Shown here: piece by piece, positions 23,526 through 34,635 of the stretch | How positions within the stretch are numbered: the first letter of the stretch is position 1 | Layout: every line of letters begins with the position of its first letter | Assembly (NCBI GenBank): GCA_034780895.1 | Contig: JAUZTB010000042.1 | Coordinates: 30,768,322 to 30,832,321 of the forward strand | Direction: 5' to 3' | DNA length: 64,000 bases | DNA from: Rhynchobatus australiae | Taxonomy: Eukaryota | The notes under the pieces: generated by a model | The model's database searches: none | The model's input: only the letters and a program-made list of their open reading frames with translations | What the model was told of the DNA's origin: nothing | Position numbers and translations under genes: made by a program

Positions 23526-25639
23526 CAGCTTGTTTTGGTGCCTTATTTTTGGAGTGCCTCTCCACTTGGAAAATACCCAGGGATACATTGGGGAAAGCAA
23601 GGAAGAAGACCAGGAATGTTGTCCCCTATCTCAGAAGCATCCTAACATTGGGCCACTGTGGATACAAGGATAATTACAGTGATTCTTGCAAATTAGGAGC
23701 TGTAGGACTAGGGACCTATGCAAAGGGTACCTTGCCATCACTTCCACTGAAATATGCTTGAAAACCCAAGTAAAGGCTTTTAAATGTATAGTTCAATAAT
23801 TATGAAGCAAATCAGTACTTAATTTTAAGCATTCTTCAAAACCATATTTTATTGGCATTGACGATGTCTAAGAGGAAAATAAATGAATCATTTCTGAAAA
23901 GAATTCATAATTCATTCAATAATTCAACTAGTAAGGCAATAATCATCAATTTTTGATGATGTAGCTTACCATTGGAGTGTTCATTCTAGTGCCATCTGGT
24001 GTTTGCACTGGAGGTGAGTGGAAGATATTTTAATACTGAAAATTCTTGTTAAGGTACTTATTAGACATTCGACGATGTAAAATGGGTATCCACTAAGCAT
24101 GGGTGTGATGCATGATTTTTCATGTATATCCACATGTAGTGATTGTGCATTTATTTTCTGAAACAATTTGGCCTCAGTTGATTAATTTTGTGACTGAGTA
24201 ATCCAAAGGGCCTGTTATTAATACTCAAACTTAGTCTCCTGAAAAATACAGGCCACCTGAGGTGTTGTTCTCATTTATTCATAAGACATTGCCATTATTG
24301 ACAAAACCAGCATTGATTGTTCAACCCTTGTTATTCCTGAAGTGAGGAAGTGGTTATGAGTCAACACAACTCCAGCTGATGTTGCCCTCAAGTTGACACA
24401 CTTTTCTTTGCACCAGTTAAACTGCACTGACTTTGGCAGAATGGAAACTGTTGATTTTCGAGTGTTCACCATGCTACAGAGAAAAATGTTAGGTTGGAGA
24501 AAGGGAGAATTGGCAAATGAGACACCAGAGGGGCGCTGATGAGGTGATGATGATAAGATGACATAAGATGGAATATCTGGGGAAGGGTGGAACAAATAGG
24601 GAGGGAGTGATCTTACAGCAGGCACCAAATCAAGAAACAGAAGAAGCAAATGGCTCAAGATCAGCTTAAAGACTAATTTTAAATAGAACAAGAAGTTAGA
24701 GACTAGGACCAAGGATATAGGTTCAACTGGAGAAAAATAAATGGATAGAGATAAATAACAGAGTCATTAACAATGAAACTAGGAGTGATAAGATCAGGAG
24801 GAAGAGTGAGCAAAGATCACTTGGAGGTATGTACACTTTGAGAGAAACATGAATAAGAGAGTGAGGAGTATAAAGAATAAGAAAAGATGAAGAATGAGAT
24901 GGAATGAGCAATGATGCTGGACATTTAGAAATGCAGCTTAACTTTGCATCCATATGCACCTACCATTATCATGATTGTGCATTACTGTCCCTGTATGAAA
25001 TAATGCTGTTATTTTCACTTTGTAAGCATATTAATTGTCCTATTGCCTCTAGATAGCATTAGAATTGGTTTGCCCATAGTTGCTTTGTTGCTTCCCTACA
25101 AGAAAATGTCCATTACTTTGTGCAGTTTTCCAAAAGGGAGTACCAAAAGGATTCTGAACTTTNNNNNNNNNNNNNNNNNNNNNNNNNNNNNNNNNNNNNN
25201 NNNNNNNNNNNNNNNNNNNNNNNNNNNNNNNNNNNNNNNNNNNNNNNNNNNNNNNNNNNNNNTCCCATCCTAATGAAAATATGACTTCTTCTATGCTCTT
25301 GGCAGCATTACAACAGTGGGATCGATACAATTGTGAGGAAATTCATGGCCTTCATTTGAGCCTGCAAGACCTTAACAATCAGAGTGGATTTGATAACATT
25401 TTTGATTCAAATAGTTCTTAGTGAAAGCTTTCCGTAGAAGGAAATTTTAGTTTAATTGATCCCTACATAAAGGGAGTTCTTTATTTGTGCTAACTAGTTT
25501 TGCTTTTCTATCTTTTGTTGAAAACCCATGATTTATTTTTGTCCACTTCTTGAATAGGAAGACTGTATATTCTGCAACGTTTATATAACTTCCCAGAGTC
25601 ATTCTGCCATCAACAAAGTGCAAGAGATATTAGACATGA

Positions 25640-26090
25640 AAAGGATAGGGTGCAGATTCACCTGAATTGTATGAAGTTCTATAAATCTGGCTTTCATTTG
25701 CTTGAGTGTAGAAGGTGGTGAGGTGATTGAACTGAGTTACTTAAGATGAGAAAAGGGCTCAAAAGAAAAGTACAGGGAAACTATTTGCTCTGGTTGGAAC
25801 ATCCAGAACATGGAGTTCAAAGTTAAGATTAAAGCTAGGCCATTTGCGACTGAAATCAGGAAGCAATTTTTCCATAAAGAGTATTGGAAAAATGTAATTT
25901 ACTTCCTCAAAGCTTTTGGATCTGGCTTAATTAAAATCTCTGAGGATAAGATTGATAGATTTGTGTTACTTAGGGATAACAGGGGATAAGGAGCAAAGTT
26001 AGGTAACTGGAGTAGCGATACTGATCAACCATTATCTGATTGAAAGGAAGAATGGTTCCAGATGTCTGTTCATTCCTATATTCTTGCAAA
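25640..26090 (+). mobile_element. Decayed CR1 3' fragment
   Basis: gtgcagattcacctgaatt...ggtgattgaactgag...aggaagcaatttttccataaagagt...attgatagattt...gatcaaccattatctgattgaa. Confidence 0.65.
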
Positions 26091-26399
26091 TGTGATTCTA
26101 AGTCAAGAATCTGATGAAATATTCATTACTTCAAAGCAGCTGCAACAACATTTGAAAGGCTTGATCTAAGTAGGTCAAAGCTGTTTGTTTGATAATTCCT
26201 TCACCCACCAGCTTAAAAACCTAACCCCTCTGCCACTGCTGTCCTAGTAGGTCCAGTGTGTACCAGCTGCAGGTTGCACTACATTAACTCGTCAAAACTT
26301 CCCTGTCAGCACTTCCCAATCCTGCAAATTCCTCTCAGAGCAAAGGCAGCAGGTGTAAGGGAGCAACATGAGATAAGAGAGTTGGGAGAATGGACAGGG

Positions 26400-26870
26400 C
26401 CTTAGATTGGTAGGAATATTCCATGAATTATGCATTGCGGACAAACTATTCTTATATTTATCAATAATTTAGATGGCCAAGTGGAATGCCACGTACTCAA
26501 GCTTACCAATGGCGCAAACAATGTGGATGAAAGCATAAAATCACAAATACAGTGAGTGGGAGGCCACAGACTAATGAATATAAGGAAGTAGGAAGCCATG
26601 TGCTTTTGGGTTGGAAAAACAATGGAGCAGAGATCTTCCTAAGTGGTAAAAAGCAAGAAGTGATGGGTGCTCAAAAAGACCAAGGTCATTAAATGCCAAC
26701 GATAAGTGCAAAATTAGTCAAAAAGTTAATGGAATGTTAGCCTTTATAGGACTGGAATATGGGGTGGTGGAACTCGTGTTACCATTGTACAAAGTACCAT
26801 TGTACCATTGGACTTGTGTATTCATTTCCGGACACCATTGAAAAAATTGTATTAACCTCTGATATTAAGG
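26400..26870 (+). mobile_element. Decayed CR1 RT fragment
   Basis: atatttatcaataatttagatg (IFINNLD) and aatggaatgttagcctttat (NGMLAFI). Confidence 0.6.
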
Positions 26871-27309
26871 GAAACTGGAATGAAATGGATTTAAAGAAAA
26901 AAATACAGCAGCTAGTAGAAATTTGAAATAAAATCTGTGAATGCTAGATATGAAAACCAAATACAACAGCAGATGCTGGAAAATAGAAATAAAAACAGGT
27001 CAGGCAACAGCTGCAGAAGGAGAAACGTAGTTAATGTTTTCGACTGAAAACCCTTCATCAGAACTGGGAAAGAGCAAAGTAAATTAGTTGCAGAGATGAT
27101 GATGGGAGAAGCATGGATAGAACAAAGGGAACATCTCTGATAAGGTGGGGCTGAGGTTGACATCGATATAAATTATAAATGAAATCATCTGGTTGTTGGG
27201 TTAGTGAAAGGTGTTGGGGACAGAAGGCACGAGCAAGAGAACATAAAACTTATGAAATGAGGGCAGTTAAAGAGATAGACACAAACAAATGAATGTAAAA
27301 GCAGAACAA

Positions 27310-28085
27310 ACAAACTTGAAGGCAGAGTACATGGTTAAAGGTAGGATTCTTAGCAGTGTGGAGGAACAGAGAGATCTTGGGGTCCAAGTACATAAGTCCC
27401 TCAAAGTTGCCTCACAAGTGGATAGGGCAGTTAAGAAGGCATATGGTGTGCTGGCCTTCATTAGCCGGGGGATTGAGTTCAAGAGCCGAGAGGTAAAGTT
27501 GCAGCTCTATGAACTCTGGTTATGCCACATTTGGAATATTGTGTTCGGTTCTGGTTACCACATTGTAGGAAGGATGTGGAAGCTTTGGAGAGGGCGCAGA
27601 GGAGATTTACAAGGATGCTACCTGGGATGGAGAGCATATCTTATGAGGAGAGGTTGAGCAAGTTAGGGCTTTTCTCTTTGGACTGACAGGATGAGAGGAG
27701 ACTTTATAGAGGTATGTATGATTATGAGTGGACAGCCAGTACCTTTTCCCTAGAGCGGTAATGGCCAATACTAGAGGTCACCCGTTTAAAGTACATGGAG
27801 GAAAGTTCAGTGAAGATGTCAAGGGTAGGTTTTTTACACAGAGAGTGGTTGGTGCCTGGAATGCACAGCTGGGGGTGGGGGGGGTTGTGGAGGGTGGTAG
27901 GGTTGATATGATAGGGTCTTTTAAGAGACCATTAGATAGGCACATGGACGAAAGAAAAATAGAAGGTTATGGGAAGTGAAGTAGAGAGGGGGATAGATTG
28001 AATTGGGATAAGATTTATACAGGTCGGCACAACATTGTGAGCTGAAGGGCTGGTACTGTGCTGTACTGTTCTATGTTCTATGTTT
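27310..28085 (+). mobile_element. CR1 LINE 3' fragment inserted in the Penelope element
   Basis: ORF 27289..27657 reads EEQRDLGVQVHKSLKVASQVDRAVKKAYGVLAFISRGIEFKSREVKLQLY; ORF 27728..27979 reads TRGHPFKVHGGKF..FFTQRVVGAWN; ends in (TTCTATG)n. Confidence 0.95.
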
Positions 28086-28240
28086 TATAACATGGAGCAG
28101 GTTGGGTCTTGCCAATGGAGAGAGGAAATACTGAGCCGATATTGCAGATGAAGGACTACTGCAGAAATGGTTAGTTCTGATACAAGCAGAGAACGTGAGT
28201 TACCCGAAATTACCAGTAATGTGGCCAGATGGAAGATGAG

Positions 28241-28530
28241 AGCAGAGTAGGCATTGTAGTGTTGCGGTTAGTGCAATGCTATTACATCGCCGGTGACCCG
28301 GATTCAATTCTGGCTGCTGTCTATAAGGAGTTTTTACATTCTCCCCTTGTCTGCCTGGGTTTCCTCTGGGTGCTCCAGTTTCCTCCCACATTCCAAAGAA
28401 GTTGTGGGCAGGCTATGTCGGCACCGGAAGCGTGGCGACACTTGCGGGCTGCCCCCAGAACACTCTATGCAAAAGGATGCATTTCACTGTGTGTTTCAAT
28501 GTTCATGTGACTAATAAAGATATCTTATCT
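28241..28530 (+). mobile_element. tRNA-derived V-domain SINE, subfamily with Rex/Babar-like tail
   Basis: A-box-like tagtgttgcgg, B-box-like ggattcaattc, V domain ttctcccc...gggtttcctctgggtgctccagtttcctcccacattccaaaga, tail atttcactgtgtgtttcaatgttcatgtgactaataaa. Confidence 0.85.
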
Positions 28531-29726
28531 AGGTGCTGTTCCTCAAGCTTACATTGAGCCTCATTATAGCAACCTCATCATCAGAACAGGTACAACAGAG
28601 ACATAGGGACTGGGAGAATGTAATTGAGTCCATATAGACAGGCGGATGGGAAGAGGTGTTAGCTGTGGGAGTCTGTGGGCTTGAAATGAATGCTATCCTC
28701 TGGGATGGAGACAGAGACTTCCAGAAAGGAAATGGAAAGGAAGTGTCCCATGCGAAAGGGAGAGAGCAGGTAACAAACTGGCAGCAAAAGAAATGAAATG
28801 AAGTTTTGTGTGAGTGCAGGAAGTAGCAGCTCCAATAGTCAATGATGTATCAGTAAAAGAGTTGGGGCAATGGACCAGAGTTGGGCTGAAACAAAGAGAG
28901 TTTCCTGTATCCTACAAAAAGACAAGTGCACTTGGGCCCATGAGAAATCTGATGGCCGCAACTTTGATCTGGAGAAAGTGAGTGGAGCTGAAGGAGTTTT
29001 TCAATGTGAAGACAAGGGTGGATGGGAACTGGATGACCCTCTCTGTTTAAGGAAGAAATGGAGGTCCTTCAGATGGGAGATGGAGGTGTAGAGGGATTGT
29101 ACGTCCATGATAAAGAGGAGCTGGTTGGGACCAAGGAATTAGAAACTGTCAATTGGCAGAGCCCATCAGAGGTATCACAGATCTAAATGGAGAGAAAGGA
29201 CAGATCAAGATTGGAAGGAATAATTTTAGTGGGGCAAGAGGAGGGTGTTCTCAGTCAGTCTGGGGCAGGAGGTGGAAGTGGGCTTTGTGGATCTGAGAGA
29301 CTAAAAGGCTGGAAGCTGTGGAAGGAAGATATCCCGAGGAAATGAGGTCCATGGGAGACAATGGTCTGACATTCAATGTTGGGGTCGTGAGTTAGAGGGA
29401 GGAATAAGGAAGTGTCTGAGAGTGGATGTTTGGTCATTGCAGGATAGAGGTCAGTTTGCCTGACCACGTATGTCAGTCGAATCAGGGTTGGTTCTAAGGG
29501 AATGGAGTGCAGTGAGTTCCAAAAGAGGGTAGGTTGGGGAGAATAACAGGAATGGAAAGATCAAGAGCACCAAAGTCACATCAGCAGTTAGCAATGAATA
29601 GATCTAGTGAAGGTATGGGGTCAGGGGAGGGGTGAAGCTGGATCAGGGGGAAGAGTCTGGAGTGAAGTGGAGGCAGAGGCAGCAGAAATACAGTTCAACA
29701 TCAGGTCAAGCCTGGAAACCATTAAA

Positions 29727-29855
29727 ATCATAGAGGATTACAGCACAGAAACAGGCCCTTCGGCCTAACTTGTCCATGCTGACCAAAATGCCCATCTAAG
29801 CTGTTCCCATTTGCCCATGTTGGGCCCACATCGCTCTAAAGCTTTCCTATCCATT
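29727..29855 (-). mobile_element. CR1 3'-terminal fragment
   Basis: acagcacagaaacaggcccttcggcctaacttgtccatgctgacc...cccatttgccc; closely similar to 8755-8870. Confidence 0.85.
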
Positions 29856-30124
29856 TAGAAGATACGGATTAAGATGCGGATATGGGGAGACAAAGCTGAG
29901 GCCTCTGCTGAGGACTAATCGTTTGGGATCAGAGCATGCCAGATAAGAATGGACAGTGAAAATACAGCAGGGGTTGGAACTGGGGAGAGAAACCTAGAGC
30001 AGTATTGGAATTCAAAGTCTGCTGACGTTTGTGAGCTTTTACGTCTCAGAAGATGGAAGTAAATCATCTGTCGCAGCACTAAGTGCGGCAAAGAGAAAAA
30101 TGAAACGATGGATCACGTAGCTTT

Positions 30125-30495
30125 GATTCTGGGAATACTCAGCTGGCTGGGCAACATCTGCAGAGAAAGAAAGGTTCAAGGTCCTTTCATCAGAACAAGG
30201 AACTGTCAGAAATAAACATGCTTTATGATGGAGAGAACTGGGGAAGGGGAGGAGTGACTGAGGCCTATAATAAGATGAAAGGGTAGAAAGATTAAATGGA
30301 AAAAAGAGATGAGAATGCAAGGCAAAGGAGTGTGTTAATAGGAAAACATAGTGAAACAAATGATCAGTTTAGGAGGAAGACCATTACCTGAACTTACGGA
30401 AGGTAAGTGCTCTTCTGAGAGCTTACATTAAGTTTAATTGGAATGGTTTAGCTGGCCATGGATGCAGACGTCAGGGTGTGGTGGAGAATTAAAGC
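30125..30495 (-). mobile_element. Second Penelope 3'-end copy (possible pseudo-LTR of the adjacent element)
   Basis: gaatactcagctggctgggcaacatctgcagagaaaga...ctttcatcagaac...ttacctgaa...gcttacatt repeats the 26955-28560 end in the same orientation. Confidence 0.65.
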
Positions 30496-30621
30496 ATTTT
30501 TTTTGGTCGTTGCTTGTTTTGTACATGAAAGACCTCTGCTAGGGATGGCAGGGGGAGGTCAGAAGGCATAACAAAGATCTGGCAGAAGTGACTTCAGAAG
30601 GAAAGATGAAAACAGGGGACA

Positions 30622-30676
30622 GTGATTGTTTACTGAATATCTGGTTTACTGAATATCTGATTGTTTACTGAAAATC
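30622..30676 (+). repeat. Short tandem repeat, about 3 copies of GTTTACTGAATATCTG(AT)
   Basis: tgattgtttactgaatatctggtttactgaatatctgattgtttactgaaaatc. Confidence 0.85.
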
Positions 30677-33600
30677 ATCCATTATCTCATTGAATGCCAG
30701 GATGAGCTTGAATGGGGAAATACTCTACCGTTGTTCTCTTGGGGTAGAAGTTTGGTGGAATTGAGTTCATTTTTACTAAGTCATGTGNNNNNNNNNNNNN
30801 NNNNNNNNNNNNNNNNNNNNNNNNNNNNNNNNNNNNNNNNNNNNNNNNNNNNNNAATGTTTAAGAACATGGTTTGTAGTAGAGAGGAGAAGATTCACAAT
30901 GTCCTGGAACAAATAATTTATTCACTGAAACAAAAAACTGCAAAATTTCACTGAGAAACAGTGAATTGCTTCACTCAATGTACTTCATTAAATAGCACCA
31001 GCTGCCAATTTGATCTTGATCTCGACTAATACATCACAGATATATAACAGAATGAACACAAAAATGATTTAGTATCTTATTAAATTTTAAGGAGGAAGAA
31101 ATTAACAGGATCAGAAACAAAAAGGGATCTAATAAAATGATACATTCAAACAGCAATGATACTAGAATGTGTGTGTGTCTGTTTTTGTGAATGTNNNNNN
31201 NNNNNNNNNNNNNNNNNNNNNNNNNNNNNNNNNNNNNNNNNNNNNNNNNNNNNNNNNNNNNNNNNNNNNNNNNNNNNNNNNNNNNNNNNNNNNNNNNNNN
31301 NNNNNNNNNNNNNNNNNNNNNNNNNNNNTGGGTTGAGTAGTCTGGATCAATTTTGCATGGTTCACTTTTATTTTATAACCAGGCAGCTTCTATGGTCCAA
31401 ATAATTGCACTGCATCAAAAGAAAGTACATGAATCTCACCTTGCAACAAACATGGAGATTCTTAAAAAAACATCTGGTCTGTTACAAGTTTTTAATGAAG
31501 TACAGATGTATCCAACAAAGAGTTAAATCTGAGACCTATAATTGTTCACCTAAACTTTCAATCTCATTTATTTGTGTTGCTAGCCCTAACTTTTAATAAT
31601 TTATTAAATACTTTTCATCATTTTATTGCCCTATTTATTTCATTCAGTTTTTTCTTCCTCAGGCAACACATTTCCTGCTGTTTAATGGCCAGGTCATGTG
31701 GCCTGCTCACAAGCAGCTCCCTTCTCATTCTTAGTTAGGTGCCAGGAAACCTGCGAAAGCAGTCTAGCAAATATTTCCCTCTTCTATTTCCATCCCACCC
31801 ATTTATAGGGTGCTACCTCGCCGCTGCTTGACAAGTCCTTGCATTTATGGCTGGGGTTAAGAATTTTTTTGAGCAGAAAATGAAGTCTTTGTTCCAGGGA
31901 TCTGCCATACAGTGACCAAGATTCCTACTGCATTTCAATAAGGATTGTAAGGGTGAATTAATGTTATATAGATGATTATCTATGAACATATTAATAAGGG
32001 AAAGGATCCACCCTCTGCAATAAGAAAATGGAAAATTAGAAATGTCATAATTTGATTTTTCTTGTTTTGCTGTAATTTATAGAGGCACACTATACTTATA
32101 TAAGACTTCACGTATTAGCACTGTGAAGTTTCTCTTCAGATTTTGCATTTTTTCATTGATTTACCTTCCAAATTCTTCGAGTGGTGAAACCTGGCTTTTT
32201 TTAAATTTCAGAGTGTAGACCAATTGTAACATTAAATACATCAAGTATAGAGAGAATCAATAGCCAAGGATTGCTTGCAAAATGTCAGCAGTATCCTGAA
32301 GATCTGTCTCAGGGAGGCTGAGTTATTGTTCAGTTGGATAAAATGAACTGCACCACCATGCACATAAGATTCCTGAAGTGGATATTCTGTTGCTCAGTGA
32401 CCCAATTTTTAATGCTGTCACTTTGATAATATTAAAGTGACAATGTTGGATTTTACTCCAACATTACAGCTGGCACAAGCTGCTGGTCTACTCTTTCCCC
32501 AAGGGACTTGATCCACAATTCACTTAATTATTTGTGAAGTATGTCACAATAATTTCTTACTAACTGAAATGCAGTACAGTCTTAAATAAATTAATTCACA
32601 AACTATTGATTTTTATGCAGGATTAATTTAAACCTTTTCAGTAGTACAGATGAAATTATAATGAGAAAAAACTTGTATCATTTAACACTAATTGTAAATA
32701 AAAATGATTTGCATTTACTTTATGCTTCGGTGTGACAATACTGCAGTTTGATGATGTTCTGTACCTGCTACTTGCAGTGGTCAGGCCTGTGTTTCTTGAC
32801 AAAGGGAGGGAAATGGTATCATAAACACATTGGAATAAATTTTTAACATCATTTCCTGGATAATAATTTTGTGAAGCAGACTTCTAGTCTATTATAAAAT
32901 GTTTTGTGATTATTATTCCATTGAAAAGTTCAAATTGAAAATTGGACAGGTTCCAAAAAGCTGGGCAATCTGTTTGACCAGATTACCACCCAGAGAGTGA
33001 AGACAAAACTACACTCAATTCTTTCTGAAATGTATACAATGTCACCACAAAAAACAACAGATGAATTCTTTCTAACAGTTAGTTCCCAGTACAGATACTC
33101 CTACTGAGGAAGTTGCAAAGTGAAGACCAAAAGACAAAATAAGAGGACATGGCATTCTGTGTAATGAAACTTCTGATGGTTGCTTCAAAAATGACCATTA
33201 ATAGATTTGGCCAAAGCTAGCTTGCTTGTATCCTTGGCCAAGGACATGTGGTCCAAAGACTTCTGAAAAAAAAAGGCAAGAAAATAACTTATAAGTGTGA
33301 ATAAAGCAAGACCCACAGGATCTAAAATCTGTCAATGTTTTTAAATTAATATATATTCCCAATGGCCTCATTTTCCAGTTCACAGATTCGGTAGATGACA
33401 TTAATGCCCTCCAAAATAAAACATTCCAAACAATGATTTCAATGTGAGTCACACAATTTGACTATTATGTTAAAAGAAGATTCTTTTGATAAGTGTTAAA
33501 AATGTCTACTCTGGGCCTATTGTATATTAGATAAATGTGACAGCCACAGCTAGATGAAAAATCAGGCTTTTGAAAAAGAGAGGCAATAACATCAGGCGTC

Positions 33601-34369
33601 ATTGCAATGTTTACTTAAACAGTACTGCCGGAGAACTTAATGCTATTGCAAGCTTGACCTGCCTATCTGTTAATTAAAGAATGTGAAGACAAATAATCAC
33701 AATCAGGATGTGGGTAGCAATCTTGCAATTCACTGAAAAGGCAGGCCATTTAATTAAACTCCCCCACACAAGTGCTCTCTTCATTTGGTAAAATCATCAG
33801 ACATACAGTGTTTATTATGATAGTACTGGAGATGAAAAGCATATTATTACCAAATTGCTTAGCTTTAGTCTTAGAAGTGAGGAAAGTCAATACTGTGGTT
33901 TAGCATACCCAACGTTAATGCACAATCGTGTGCCTGTCAGAGTTGAAGTTTGTAAACCCTTCATTGCACAGTCCAAACCATCTGAAAAAGATTGAGGTGA
34001 GGATAGCCAGTGTTTGAAACACGTTGGCAAGATTACAGAGAATTTGAGAGGGCAAGTGGTTTCCATCATACTTCCCAGCCAGTTTTAGGGAAAAGAAACA
34101 AAACTGTTTCAGAAAGTTGTGGTCACTAACTGCTGATCCAGCTCTGTGCAAAGTTTTGACTTATGAAACCAATGTTTACTGTAGTACATTTGCATTAGAT
34201 AAATATCATTTAAGTATTATAACCCACATATACTTGTTAATTTAAAACTCATTCTGGATACTTGAGAATTACATGGTACAACAATTATGAAATTAGTCAT
34301 ATTGCAGGACTGTGTATATTTGTGTGAACCATTACAAACAGGTACTCTGATGAATGGACCACCTGTGTC

Positions 34370-34635
34370 CAGGAAAGTCCCAGTTTAATCAATTTTGCAA
34401 TCTGAGTCAGGTCAGCACTAAAAATGGGTTTGATGAACCAGAAATAAGTGGAGGATAAAAATCAGCCATAGTTCCTGCTTCTGATCACTAGGCAGTGACC
34501 TTTGCTAAAAGGTGCACAGGTGAGGACAGAGCAAACATACTGTGATGTTTTCCTGGATAGCACTTAAGAAGTAGCCTCAAACAATGGCCAGGAGGGCAAG
34601 GTTACTGGAAGTCTGCTATAACCTAGCATGAGGAT
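34370..34635 (+). mobile_element. Ancient SINE-like repeat (same family as 45230-45530; possibly LF-SINE-related)
   Basis: aaaatcagccatagttcctgcttctgatcactaggcagtgacc...gtgaggacag...ctgtgatg matches a recalled shark repeat; the family name is uncertain. Confidence 0.45.

Larger units (their letters stand above)
26955..29720 (-). mobile_element. Penelope-like retroelement (decayed RT + GIY-YIG C-terminus + 3' end), interrupted by CR1 and SINE insertions
   Basis: Minus-strand peptides: LGPNQLLFIMDVQSLYTSISH (about 29074-29136, RT motif A); LVFTLKNSFSSTHFLQIKVAAIRFLMGP (motif B, degenerate); a degenerate RYIDD region at about 28830-28860; FKPTDSHS; DSITFSQSLCL; and LEEQHLIFHL across the SINE insertion. 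Confidence 0.88.

Noticed and set aside
30622-30676. Direct repeats as a possible CRISPR-like array
   Set aside because: No spacers and a eukaryotic context; a simple tandem duplication.
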